From Dehalococcoidia bacterium UBA2991 (GTDB lineage Bacteria; Chloroflexota; Dehalococcoidia; Tepidiformales; Tepidiformaceae), in the NCBI GenBank assembly GCA_002346645.1, contig DEAD01000011.1:90760-154759 (forward strand): DNA of 64,000 nucleotides. Direction: 5' to 3'. The position numbers and the translations under genes were made by a program. The notes beneath the pieces were generated by a model that saw nothing but the letters and a program-made list of their open reading frames with translations, was not told the DNA's origin and did not search any database. Shown one piece after another: positions 47,146-56,758 of the stretch (the first letter of the stretch is position 1; every line of letters begins with the position of its first letter).

Positions 47146-48219
47146 GTGCTGAGTCGGCGTTCTAGCTTTCCCCAGCGTGGCCCTGTTAGCGAGCGTGTCT
47201 TTGGGCGGGCCTATGCTGAAGCTGAGCATGGCGGTAGATCGCTTGCCGCAGGGCTCTTCGCAATCGCCCTCTTTCTCTTCATTGTGTCTCTTAGCGTCTT
47301 CGAGATGACCCAACCCAATAGGGCCCAGACCCTCCTGGCTGCTGGCCTCGCCTCCCTCACGGATATTGATCAGTTTCTCGAGGAGAATATTCCTTCCCTA
47401 CAGGAGGAAGCGCGCTCCTCCGATGAGTCTAATCTGGAAGTTCCCGACTACCCCCTACCCGTAACCCTTAGTCGGTTGGAAGTTCTTACTGCTGATACAG
47501 AAACCATTCGAGCTTTGGTGCTCCATCGCTCGGCCAAAGTGGTTTATGCGACTGGACTTGATGCTTTTGACGAGACTGGAGAGCAGGCCGCTGAGATTCT
47601 TTCCGTTTCCAACGTCATCCGCGAACTCGTAGGCTTCCTTACGGGGGATATCCATGGTCAGGCTCGCTGGGTGGTGTTAGCCAGTCTCATCGCTGCTACT
47701 GTTATGGGGGCAGCTACACTCCAGCTCAACCGAGGTTTTTCGCGATTCACTTCGTTTGGTCTCGCCGTCCTTCTCGCTTCTGCGCCGGGCTACCTATTTG
47801 CTCGCGGAGGGAGCTATCTTGTTGATCGGTTTGGCTCGGAAGATGCTTTTGTTGTCGATCTGCAGACAGTCGCTCAGGCAATGCTTGCTGTACCTGAGCG
47901 TAACTTTCTAATTGCGGGCTCGATTGGGCTCACTGTCGCGGTGGCTGGGCGAGTTCTGGGTTTGGTTAGCGACTATTTCTTTTCCGATCAGCCATTGGAC
48001 CCAATGGCTTATGACACCGGCCCTGCGGTCCCCTTTCCAGCTGTTCCAGGTCCGACCCAGGAGTTCGTTGACCAGCGGAGAGTTGCCCTTTTCTTGTCCG
48101 AAGGCACTGGTCTTCGCCAGCGATTGTTCTTGAAGTTGCGAGGTATTCGGGCCAATAGGTTCACGAAGAGCGAGTCAGTGAAACTCGAGGCTAATGGAAT
48201 ACGCGAAGACGATTCCTAA
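47146..48219 (+). CDS. Hypothetical membrane protein
   Basis: 357-aa ORF 10 nt after the RDD gene. It has about 5 hydrophobic helices around a soluble insert. No family recognised. Confidence 0.5.
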   Translation: MLSRRSSFPQRGPVSERVFGRAYAEAEHGGRSLAAGLFAIALFLFIVSLSVFEMTQPNRAQTLLAAGLASLTDIDQFLEENIPSLQEEARSSDESNLEVPDYPLPVTLSRLEVLTADTETIRALVLHRSAKVVYATGLDAFDETGEQAAEILSVSNVIRELVGFLTGDIHGQARWVVLASLIAATVMGAATLQLNRGFSRFTSFGLAVLLASAPGYLFARGGSYLVDRFGSEDAFVVDLQTVAQAMLAVPERNFLIAGSIGLTVAVAGRVLGLVSDYFFSDQPLDPMAYDTGPAVPFPAVPGPTQEFVDQRRVALFLSEGTGLRQRLFLKLRGIRANRFTKSESVKLEANGIREDDS

Positions 48220-48884
48220 CTCGTTGATTCTGCTTGTGGAAAGCTGCTCGGACATTCCTCTTCCAGCGGGCATGCTTGGCAGTTCGGTGCGCGGGCACTG
48301 CAAGTTCGACGCCCATGCTTGATTAGTAACATGTGGAAACGGAAGTATTCCCTTGGTGCAACAAGCTCCTCAAGATATTGATGTGCTTGTTCTGGAGTTG
48401 TCTTCGGTGGGAGGAGCGCTAGGCGTTTTGCCACCCTTTCTACGTGCGTGTCGACCGGCAGCGCTGGTTGACCCAGCGCAAACAAAAGTACGCAAGCTGC
48501 AGTCTTCGGCCCTACGCCTGGAAGTCCTCGTAGCCAGGCTCGTGACTGTTCTATTGGCTCTTCTTCTAGGAACGCAAGGCTCCAGTCCGGTGCCCGCTCC
48601 TGTACAGCCTTTAGGATTCGCTTGATGCGTGGTGCCTTTTGTTGTGCCAGGCCCCCTGTCTTGATTGTCGCTATCAACTCTTCTAGCGGTGCTTCTGCGA
48701 TGCTCTCCCAACTGGGGTAATTTCGCATTAGCTGCACGAAGGCGCGGCCACTGTTCTTGTCCGATGTGTTCTGAGAGAGGACCGTTAAAACCAGTTCGGC
48801 CACTGGGTCGCCGTGAGGCCGAGATATGGGCTCCCCGTATAGCTTTCCTAGTGTCTTCATGATGCTGCCCGGCTCGAGTGTCAC
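48216..48884 (-). CDS. Endonuclease III-like HhH-GPD DNA glycosylase
   Basis: 222 aa. LRGLPGVGPKTAACVLLFA (HhH-GPD), VDTHVERV and the Fe-S cluster loop CSARAPNCQACPLEEEC (Cx6Cx2Cx5C). Confidence 0.85.
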   Translation of the reverse strand: MTLEPGSIMKTLGKLYGEPISRPHGDPVAELVLTVLSQNTSDKNSGRAFVQLMRNYPSWESIAEAPLEELIATIKTGGLAQQKAPRIKRILKAVQERAPDWSLAFLEEEPIEQSRAWLRGLPGVGPKTAACVLLFALGQPALPVDTHVERVAKRLALLPPKTTPEQAHQYLEELVAPREYFRFHMLLIKHGRRTCSARAPNCQACPLEEECPSSFPQAESTS

Positions 48885-48940
48885 CGGGGCATTTTGGCAT
48901 GCCTTGATCCCGGAGTGCTTCCTTCCGCTACGATCTCTCT

Positions 48941-49990
48941 GTGACTGCGCAAGAAATTCGGCTAACGGATTTGACGGGTTGCGGGGGCTGAGCGTCTAAG
49001 GCAGGGCCCCAGGCCCTGGCGCAGGTGCTGTCGCCGCTGACCGTAGACTTTGATCCGATGCAACATCCAGACCTTCTGGCTGGGCTGGGGGCGCCTGATG
49101 ATGCTGCCGTCTACCGAATCAATAATCGAACTGCCGTAATCGCTACCGTCGACTTTTTCGCCCCGCTGGTTGATGACCCTTGGCAATACGGCGCAATCGC
49201 TGCTGCTAATGCTATGTCTGATGTTTACGCGATGGGGGGGGAGGTGGTCCTTGCCCTCAACATTGCCGCATTTCCTGAGGACCTGCCCTCGGAAGTCGCT
49301 GCAGAAATTATCAGGGGTGGTGCTGACAAGGTTGCTGAGGCCGGAGGAGTTGTCGCGGGTGGTCACACAATTTGGGACGATGAGCCTAAGTTTGGCTTGA
49401 GTGTCCTTGGCATTGCGACCCCTTCGCGTCTCCTTCGTAAGGCCGCGCTTCGTCCTGGCGACTTTCTATATCTCACAAAATCGCTGGGTACAGGAGTGAT
49501 CCTCTCTAACGATAGAGGCCAGGAAGAGCATTCTGCTTGGCTGAATACTGCTATCGCTTCGATGCTCCATCTCAACCGCCATGCGGCCCATCTAGCTATC
49601 AGTCATCGCTTACGGGCAGCAACCGACATTACTGGCTTTGGTCTTGTTGGCCATCTCTGGGAGATGGTTGAGAGCTCTGGCGTTTCCGTTACTGTGGAAG
49701 CCGCGGCCCTACCGCTTCTTCCTGGTGCACGGGAATCTGCTGAAAGCGGTATCCAGACTGGAGGGGAGGTTCGTAACCGAGACTGGGTCGGAGACAATTT
49801 CACGGTTGCTAACGGTGTGCCTCCTGCTCTCGCCTCTATAGCTTTTGATCCACAAACTTCCGGAGGCCTTCTGCTTGCGTGCTCGCCTCGCAAGGCCAGA
49901 GTCCTTGAAGCAGCTTTCGCTGCCGACAACGAATCCCTGCATCTCATTGGTCGTGTGGCTAAAGGCGCCCCCCATATTCAGCTCTTCTAG
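48941..49990 (+). CDS. selD: Selenide, water dikinase (selenophosphate synthetase), Sec-containing form. UGA at 48989-48991 is read as Sec17.
   Basis: The track ORF (49025..49990) lacks the catalytic N-terminus. Extending in frame gives (GTG)MTAQEIRLTDLTGCGG-U-ASKAGPQALAQVLSPL... This aligns residue-for-residue with E. coli SelD [26 protein letters not shown] (I6-R7-L8-T9, U17=C17, K20). The body of the protein (DDAAVYRI..., DFFAPLVDDPWQYGAIAAANAMSDVYAMGG) is SelD. Confidence 0.9.
49002..49018 (+). promoter_or_regulatory. Candidate SECIS hairpin for selD
   Basis: CAGGGCC-CCA-GGCCCUG forms a perfect 7-bp stem (or 6 bp with a 5-nt loop). It starts 11 nt after the UGA. Confidence 0.55.
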
Positions 49991-50184
49991 CGCTACCTCT
50001 CCAGCGTTTCCTGGTTCAGGTGCGTAAGATCTGCTCTATCAGTAAGCCCTGGATATGTTTTCTGGTGTATGCAGACTTTTTCAAAGCTTACGCTCGTGGA
50101 ATTCACTAGCTCAGGCGGGTGGTGCGCTATCTCCACGCCTTCCTCGTTCTTATTCTCCAAATGCCCGTATGTAGGAGGCCCTCC

Positions 50185-51657
50185 GTGACCGATGCAGCCA
50201 TCCAGTTTGAGACCGTCATAGGTCTTGAAGTGCACTGCCAGCCCATTACCCGGAGCAAGATGTTCTGTGGTTGCAACGCAGAATATTCCGGGGCCGAACC
50301 CAATACCCATGTCTGTCCTGTCTGTCTCGGACTTCCCGGAGTGCTTCCAGTGATAAACGAGGAGGCCATCCGGCTCATTGTTAAGACAGGGCTTGCCCTA
50401 AACTGCGAGATCTCAGAATTCTCCAAGTTCGACCGCAAGAACTACCCCTATCCCGATCTGATGAAGGGCTATCAGGTTAGCCAATACGATCTGCCCATCT
50501 GTGCTGGTGGATGGCTTGATGTTGAGGTAGAGGGGGAGCGTACCCGGGTGGGAATTACTCGAGTGCATATGGAAGAGGATACTGCCCGTCTTCTCCACCG
50601 GACCGATCCCATAAGTGGTGAGGGATACAGCCTGATAGACATCAATCGTTCAGGCACCCCTCTAATGGAGATCGTGAGCGAACCAGACATCCGCTCACCT
50701 GAGGAAGCACGCGCCTATTTGATCAGCCTGCGTTCTATTCTGCGCGCTATTGGAGCCAGCCGAGCCAATATGGAAGAAGGAAACTTCCGCTGCGATGCCA
50801 ATATCAGCCTTCGGCCACGAGGCCAGGAGGCATTGGGCTCAAAGGTTGAGATAAAAAACATGAATAGTTTTCGCGCTGTGTATGAGGCTCTTGTCTTCGA
50901 GATGTCCCGTCAGGCGGAGGTTCTTAGTGAAGGGGGAGCCATTTCTCAGGAGACTCGCGGCTGGGACCAAGATGGCCAAGGGACTGTTTCCCAGCGTTCC
51001 AAAGAAGAGGCTAACGACTACCGGTACTTTCCTGAGCCCGACTTGCCACCGTTGGCCCTCAGCCGCCAATTCGTGGAGGAAGTGCGCAGCGAGCTTCCCG
51101 AGCTCCCTGCTGCCCGTCGAGGGCGCTATATCGGCTTAGGGCTTTCTGAATTTGAGGCTTCAACCTTGGCGGAGGCACGCGACCGTTCCGACTTTGCTGA
51201 CGCTGTAGCTTCAGCTCTCCCCTTTGAGCCTGCTCGCTCTGCGAAGCTCTCAGCTAACTGGGTCTTAGGTGAGGTGGGTCGCTGGGCAAACGACCATGAT
51301 GCAGATGTAGAACACTTTCCGCTCACTCCAGAGGCGCTTGCTGAGCTGATCGAGATGGTTGAAGGCGAGATCGTTACTGGTCAGGTCGGTAAGCAAGTGT
51401 TTGATGAAATGGTCGTGAGTGGTAGGAGTTCTGGTGACATCGTCAAGGAGGATGGTCTTGCCCAGGTCCGTGAAAGTGACGAACTTGTTGAGATTGTGCG
51501 CAAGGTGATTGCGGAGAATGAGAAGGCCGTAGCAGACTATCGTGGTGGCAAAGGTACCGCCATAAAGAGGCTTCTTGGTGGAGTCATGCGCGAGACACGG
51601 GGACGGGCTAATCCCCAGGTGGCCCAGGAGTTAATTTCCAGGGAACTCGACCAATAG
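50185..51657 (+). CDS. gatB: Asp/Glu-tRNA amidotransferase subunit B
   Basis: FETVIGLEVHCQ...SKMFCGC...CPVCLGLPGVLPV and DINRSGTPLMEIVSEPD are GatB signatures. The track starts at 50119. I prefer GTG 50185, which has a perfect AGGAGG 6 nt upstream. Confidence 0.93.
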   Translation: MTDAAIQFETVIGLEVHCQPITRSKMFCGCNAEYSGAEPNTHVCPVCLGLPGVLPVINEEAIRLIVKTGLALNCEISEFSKFDRKNYPYPDLMKGYQVSQYDLPICAGGWLDVEVEGERTRVGITRVHMEEDTARLLHRTDPISGEGYSLIDINRSGTPLMEIVSEPDIRSPEEARAYLISLRSILRAIGASRANMEEGNFRCDANISLRPRGQEALGSKVEIKNMNSFRAVYEALVFEMSRQAEVLSEGGAISQETRGWDQDGQGTVSQRSKEEANDYRYFPEPDLPPLALSRQFVEEVRSELPELPAARRGRYIGLGLSEFEASTLAEARDRSDFADAVASALPFEPARSAKLSANWVLGEVGRWANDHDADVEHFPLTPEALAELIEMVEGEIVTGQVGKQVFDEMVVSGRSSGDIVKEDGLAQVRESDELVEIVRKVIAENEKAVADYRGGKGTAIKRLLGGVMRETRGRANPQVAQELISRELDQ

Positions 51658-51742
51658 CCCCTATCCTCACCTGAGGAATTTCCCCCTCCTTTTTGCAGGG
51701 TCTTCGGGGCAGGCGCTTACGCTGGTAGACTCTCAGAACGTA

Positions 51743-53086
51743 ATGCCACGCAGGATGCGGAATCACAGCCTGTTTACCTGGCTTTATCCAGGGATGCATA
51801 TCAAGCGTTGGCTTTTTCTACTCGTTGTGGGGATGACCCTCTTAAGTCTGGGGGCCGCATACCTGCTGCGTGAGGCTTATCTACTGTATGACTTTCCTGG
51901 GGTTGCCCACTACCTCACCCTCCAGTTCATCCCTCGTTGGGGTCGTGGGATCATCTTTGTCTGCGTTGCAGTTGGTAGTGTAAGCATCGCTTTCTGGAGA
52001 CTGAACGCTTCCCTTCTTTACGCTGTGGTGCGACCGGGTTCCCAGAATGGCAGTATGGCCGAGTCGCTTTACACGAAGCGTGTGCTTAGTCGGGGCCCTC
52101 ACGTTGTAGCTATCGGCGGAGGAACTGGTCTCTCAGTGCTGCTTCGCGGCCTTAAAGATCACACCAGCAACCTCACCGCAATTGTCACCGTTGCTGACGA
52201 TGGTGGTTCCTCTGGGCGGTTACGCCAAGACTTTGGTGTAGTTGCCCCGGGCGATCTCCGTCAGTGCCTTTCTGCTTTGGCTGAGGCTGAGCCGCTAATG
52301 TCTCGACTCTTTCAATACCGTTTCCGTGCTGGGGAAGGGCTAGAGGGGCACTCTTTCGGCAACCTCTTTATCGTCGCCATGGCCCATGTAACTGGGAATT
52401 TTGAGACTGCCATTCATGAGGCTAGCCGCGTTCTCAACGTGCGGGGCAATATTCTCCCATCAACCCTTGTTGACGTGACTCTCTCTGCCCGCACTCAAGA
52501 TGACGAATTTGTCCATGGTGAACACAAGATCACAGAGCATGGTGCCAGCATCCACGAGCTCTTTCTCAATCCCTCTAATGCAGAAGCCCATCCCGATGCA
52601 GTGCGCGCCGTCCTTGATGCTGATCTCATTGTCATCGGTCCTGGAAGCCTATACACCAGCGTTATGCCAAATCTGCTTGTAGAGGACTTGCGCAAGGCGC
52701 TGCTCTCAACCAGTGCCCAGAGAATTTTTGTGTGCAACGTCGCCACACAGCATGGAGAGACCGATGATTTTGGTGTTGCCGACCACATCGAAGCTCTCGA
52801 GCGACATACCGCTCCAGGTATCGTTGAGACGGTGATTGCAAACAACAATCTGGGGGTTTTGCCTGACGAACTGCATTCCACTCCTGTCGCGCTGAATCAC
52901 CCCGATGCGCGAGTCTTTGAGCATGTTCGAGTGATTCAAGCTGATGTTGTGGCTTCCGAAAATCGCTATCGTCATGACTTCCAAAAGCTCGCCGCTGCCA
53001 TTCTTGACGTGTACCATGGGCGAGAGAGCGGCATGCCGGGGGCTGAGCACAGACCTTCGGAAGAAGCCGTATTTGTTACCCGCTGA
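51743..53086 (+). CDS. YvcK/UPF0052 family (gluconeogenesis factor, CofD-like fold) with an N-terminal two-helix membrane extension
   Basis: VVAIGGGTGLSVLLRGLKDHTSNLTAIVTVADDGGSSGRLR...GDLRQCL...FQYRF...GHSFGNLF is the YvcK pattern. It is preceded by about 110 aa containing WLFLLVVGMTLLSLGAAYLL and GIIFVCVAVGSVSIAFW. The start is uncertain (51743 or ATG 51794). Confidence 0.83.
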   Translation: MPRRMRNHSLFTWLYPGMHIKRWLFLLVVGMTLLSLGAAYLLREAYLLYDFPGVAHYLTLQFIPRWGRGIIFVCVAVGSVSIAFWRLNASLLYAVVRPGSQNGSMAESLYTKRVLSRGPHVVAIGGGTGLSVLLRGLKDHTSNLTAIVTVADDGGSSGRLRQDFGVVAPGDLRQCLSALAEAEPLMSRLFQYRFRAGEGLEGHSFGNLFIVAMAHVTGNFETAIHEASRVLNVRGNILPSTLVDVTLSARTQDDEFVHGEHKITEHGASIHELFLNPSNAEAHPDAVRAVLDADLIVIGPGSLYTSVMPNLLVEDLRKALLSTSAQRIFVCNVATQHGETDDFGVADHIEALERHTAPGIVETVIANNNLGVLPDELHSTPVALNHPDARVFEHVRVIQADVVASENRYRHDFQKLAAAILDVYHGRESGMPGAEHRPSEEAVFVTR

Positions 53087-53301
53087 TGTTGAACACAATC
53101 CAGATCATCGTCTCCGTCCTGCTTATAGTGGCGGTCCTGCTGCAGGTTAAGGGCTCAGGTTTTGGGGCCGCCCTCGGTGGTATGTCCGGAGGCTCCGTCT
53201 ATCGAACCAAGCGCGGTCTAGAAAAGACCCTCTTTCAGGCGACGATTATTCTCGTAGTCGTGTTCCTGTTTGTGTCTTTCCTGAGCGTCCAATTCCAGTA
53301 G
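53086..53301 (+). CDS. secG: Preprotein translocase subunit SecG
   Basis: 71 aa with two TM helices. IQIIVSVLLIVAVLLQVKGSGFGAALGG is the SecG N-terminal signature. Confidence 0.8.
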   Translation: MLNTIQIIVSVLLIVAVLLQVKGSGFGAALGGMSGGSVYRTKRGLEKTLFQATIILVVVFLFVSFLSVQFQ

Positions 53302-53310
53302 CCTTCTCCC

Positions 53311-54975
53311 ATGCTTAATGGGGTGGCAGGCTCGCGGCTAGGTCTAGTTGCGGTAGCTCTTCTTGGGGCTGGTGCTGTTGCCGCGGTCATTCTTGGCGTT
53401 TTGCTCTTTCTGTCGGACCGGGATCGGTCGTATTCCCCTCTCGCTAGCACTGGGCCAAAGCAAGCCGTCTATGTAGAGGGGATAGTTGGGACCTGGCAGC
53501 GGATTAATCCCTTATTTTCCGATGGAAATCCTGTTGACGAGGACCTTTCCCGGTTGGTGTTTGCCGGACTTCTTCGGGTTGGCGAAGACGGTCGTCTTTT
53601 GCCAGATCTGGCTCCCCTTCCTGAAGTTGGTGAGGATGGTCGCACCTACACCTTTCGTCTTCACCGTGATCTTCGTTGGCATGATGGCATCCCTGTACGC
53701 TCCCTCGATGTTGCCTTCACCATCGACCAGATCCTAGCGGCTGACTTTCAGGGAGATCCTCGTTTGAAGGCAGCCTGGACCGGTGTTGAGGTACAGACGC
53801 CTGATTTGCGCACCATCATCATCCGCCTGCCGGCAACTAATGCTACTTTTCTTGCGCGGTTCGCCACTGTCGGCATCCTTCCTCAGCACCTGCTGCAGGG
53901 CCTCGATGGAACTGCTCTCTTTGATTCACCTTTCAATACAAAGCCTGTCGGAGCCGGTCCCTATCGACTCGATTCGATAACCTCGATAGAAGCCAATCTG
54001 AGCGCAAACCCGCGCTATCACCTTGGCCGTCCCCAGATAGATCTCATCACCATGCGGTTCTTGCCGGACCTTTCAGAAGTGAGACAAGCCCTTCAGGTGG
54101 GTGAGATTGATGGGATCTTCCTCCGACAGAACCTTAGCCAAGATCAAATCGACGAACTTGCTGTAATAGATGGGTTCGTTTCTGAGGATCTTCAGCGTGC
54201 GGTCTCGCTTGTTTTGTACCTTAACAACAACCAGGCTGCCTACTTCCGTGATTCCCGGGTACGTACGGCAGTCTCGCTTGCACTTGATCGGGAAACACTG
54301 GTGGTGAACGCTCTCGGTGGGTTGGCAGTACCCTCGTCGTCTCTCATTGCACCTGGCACTTGGGCCTATGAGCCGTCCCTCGATAGTCCGCCAAGTGATG
54401 TCGAGATGGCGCTAGCTTTGCTTGCAGAAGTTGGCTGGCGTCCTAGTCCCACGACAGGTGTACTTATTCGCCAGGGCTCTGAGTTTCGATTAACTATCCG
54501 CACTGACAATGACGCTAAGAACCTTGCCCTTGCACGGGAAATCGCTCGTCAACTTGAGCCGATTGGTATACGGGCCACAGTTGCGAGCACGAGCTTTGCT
54601 GTTCTCAATCGGGACTTTCTATCTCCTCGTACCTACGATGCTGCCCTGGCTGGCTGGGACCAGGGGGCTGATCCAGATCCCTACTTTGCTTGGCACAGCT
54701 CCCAACTAGTGGACCCCGGGGCAAATATTGCGAACTATGGAAGCATAGTTTTTGATGCTCTTCTCGAGCGGGGTCGGACCACCTCTAACATGCTCGTTCG
54801 TCTCGATGCCTACCGGCAGATTCAGGAACTTTGGCCGAGAGAGACCCCAAGCGTCATTCTTGCTTACCCCAGTCTTCGGTATATCCGTGCAACCTCGGTG
54901 ATGTCGCCTGCCTTTGGTGTGCTTTTCAGCCCAACCGATCGCTTTTTAAATGTGCATCTGTGGAATATCCAATGA
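53311..54975 (+). CDS. ABC transporter substrate-binding protein, family 5 (peptide/nickel type)
   Basis: 554 aa with an N-terminal signal anchor. TYTFRLHRDLRWHDGIPVRSLDVAFT is the typical family-5 SBP motif. Confidence 0.82.
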   Translation: MLNGVAGSRLGLVAVALLGAGAVAAVILGVLLFLSDRDRSYSPLASTGPKQAVYVEGIVGTWQRINPLFSDGNPVDEDLSRLVFAGLLRVGEDGRLLPDLAPLPEVGEDGRTYTFRLHRDLRWHDGIPVRSLDVAFTIDQILAADFQGDPRLKAAWTGVEVQTPDLRTIIIRLPATNATFLARFATVGILPQHLLQGLDGTALFDSPFNTKPVGAGPYRLDSITSIEANLSANPRYHLGRPQIDLITMRFLPDLSEVRQALQVGEIDGIFLRQNLSQDQIDELAVIDGFVSEDLQRAVSLVLYLNNNQAAYFRDSRVRTAVSLALDRETLVVNALGGLAVPSSSLIAPGTWAYEPSLDSPPSDVEMALALLAEVGWRPSPTTGVLIRQGSEFRLTIRTDNDAKNLALAREIARQLEPIGIRATVASTSFAVLNRDFLSPRTYDAALAGWDQGADPDPYFAWHSSQLVDPGANIANYGSIVFDALLERGRTTSNMLVRLDAYRQIQELWPRETPSVILAYPSLRYIRATSVMSPAFGVLFSPTDRFLNVHLWNIQ

Positions 54976-55814
54976 CTGCATCCACCCCAATCTTTCTATT
55001 GACTGATTTTGGAAATCAGGACACCTATGTGGGTCAGGTGAAGGCTGTGTTGAGCACTCGGGCTCCTGGTGTCCCTCTCTTCTCTCTTACCCACGAGGTC
55101 TCCCCCTTTGCGATTGATGAGGGGGCTTGGCTTCTAGAGACTGCTCTTCCCTTCCTTCCTGTCCCTGCGGTGGTTCTAGCTGTAGTTGATCCTGGTGTTG
55201 GCAGTGAGCGCCTTCCTATTGCTGTGCGGGCTCCGGTCTCTGCTGATCCCACTGCAGTACGCTATTTTGTAGGGCCCGACAACGGCCTTCTGTCTTCGGT
55301 AGTTGGGTCCTTGGCCCGCCCCTCCAAGTCTGAAGTCAGCCCTGTGCCGCCAGCAATTGATGTTCGTGAAATACAGAAGGAGCGCGTAGGGGTGGCTCTC
55401 GAGTCAATAAGTGCAACCTTTGAGGGGCGTGATGTATTTGCCCCGGCTGCCGCTAGTATCGCGGTGGGAAACGACTTCAAAACTCTTGGACCTCGTTGTA
55501 AGGAGCTCACTCTCCTCCCTCCTTTTGCTGGCACTTACGAGGGAGGCTCACTGAGCGGCTCAGTGGTCCACATTGATCGCTATGGCAACCTCATAACGAC
55601 CATTCGAAGGGAGCAGCTCCCAATCGACTTTAGGATCGAAATTAGAGATCACTGTATTGAGCGCATGGTTCGGACTTTTAGTGACGTTGCCATTGGTGCA
55701 CTCGCCTGCCATGTTGATTCAAGTGGCTTTCTCGCGATCGCAGTGCGTGAAGGCAATGCGGCTGCTCGCACGGGAGGGGTCAGGGGAGATGCCGTGCTAC
55801 TTACTCCACTATGA
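54972..55814 (+). CDS. SAM hydrolase / SAM-dependent halogenase family (DUF62, S-adenosyl-L-methionine hydroxide adenosyltransferase-like)
   Basis: MTASTPIFLLTDFGNQDTYVGQVKAVL and VVDPGVGSER match the family. The ATG at 54972 overlaps the upstream TGA (ATGA). The track extension to 54831 lies inside the upstream gene. Confidence 0.8.
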   Translation: MTASTPIFLLTDFGNQDTYVGQVKAVLSTRAPGVPLFSLTHEVSPFAIDEGAWLLETALPFLPVPAVVLAVVDPGVGSERLPIAVRAPVSADPTAVRYFVGPDNGLLSSVVGSLARPSKSEVSPVPPAIDVREIQKERVGVALESISATFEGRDVFAPAAASIAVGNDFKTLGPRCKELTLLPPFAGTYEGGSLSGSVVHIDRYGNLITTIRREQLPIDFRIEIRDHCIERMVRTFSDVAIGALACHVDSSGFLAIAVREGNAAARTGGVRGDAVLLTPL

Positions 55815-56758
55815 AGTCCTCTGAGGTGCGCACACTTTTTATGGGCTCCTCCGAGTTCGCCATACCTTCCCTTCGTGCTCTTGTCTCGGAAGGCTACGAT
55901 CTTCGTTGCGCTGTAATGCAGCCTGACCGTCGGGCAGGACGTGGCGCCCGCATGCGTTCTCCTGCTGCCAAGGTTGAGGCTGAACGCTTAGGGGTTCCGG
56001 TTTTTCAGCCGGATTCCTTTCGTGATCCAGAGTCTCTTGCCGTCCTGACAGCTTTAGAGCCCGATCTCATTGTGGTCGCATCCTACGGGCGCCTCCTTCC
56101 CCTGGATGTTCTTGACCTCCCCCGCTATCACGTCGTTAATGTTCATCCCTCCCTCCTCCCTCGCTGGCGCGGACCATCCCCTGTCGCAGCCGCTATCCTT
56201 GCGGGGGATGAAACGACTGGGGTCTCCATCATGGAGCTAATCCCCCAGATGGATGCAGGTCCTCTCCTAGCTTCGCGTCCGTTTCCAGTCTCTTCCACGG
56301 ACACCGCTGGCACCCTCGAGACGAGTCTTGCAGCGAAGGGTGCTGACCTTCTCATTGAGACGCTACCTGGATGGATCGATGGCGATCTGGAGTCTATTCC
56401 CCAGGATGAATCGTTAGTAACTACCTGTCCGCTTCTTGCAAAGAGCAATGGGCATCTGGCTGCAAACATGACTGCAATCGAAGCCGAGAGAGCAGTTCGT
56501 GCTTACGATCCTTGGCCTGGCTCGTTTGTCATCTACAAGGGGCACCGACTTGCAGTGTGGCGGGCGCATGTAGGCGACCTGGACGAGGGGCTAAGTCCCG
56601 GTGATCTCAAAATCAGCGAGGGGCAGCCAGGTATCGTCTTTAGGGGTGGTGTACTCGTTCTGGACGAACTCCAGCGAAGTGGATCCCGGCGTGTCTCCGG
56701 TGAAGACTTCCTCAATGGCGAGCGTGGGCTTCTCCCAAGCTCGGTTGGTCTTACATGA
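55811..56758 (+). CDS. fmt: Methionyl-tRNA formyltransferase
   Basis: 315 aa. FMGSSEFAIPSL, VASYGRLLP and NVHPSLLPRWRGPSPV. Confidence 0.93.
   Translation: MKSSEVRTLFMGSSEFAIPSLRALVSEGYDLRCAVMQPDRRAGRGARMRSPAAKVEAERLGVPVFQPDSFRDPESLAVLTALEPDLIVVASYGRLLPLDVLDLPRYHVVNVHPSLLPRWRGPSPVAAAILAGDETTGVSIMELIPQMDAGPLLASRPFPVSSTDTAGTLETSLAAKGADLLIETLPGWIDGDLESIPQDESLVTTCPLLAKSNGHLAANMTAIEAERAVRAYDPWPGSFVIYKGHRLAVWRAHVGDLDEGLSPGDLKISEGQPGIVFRGGVLVLDELQRSGSRRVSGEDFLNGERGLLPSSVGLT

Noticed and set aside
51743-53086. Calling this gene cofD (F420 biosynthesis) because cofC and F420 enzymes are present
   Set aside because: The motif set (GGGTGLS..LRGLK, TVADDGGSSGRLR, FQYRF, GHSFGNL) is that of the YvcK/UPF0052 branch, not LPPG:FO transferase.
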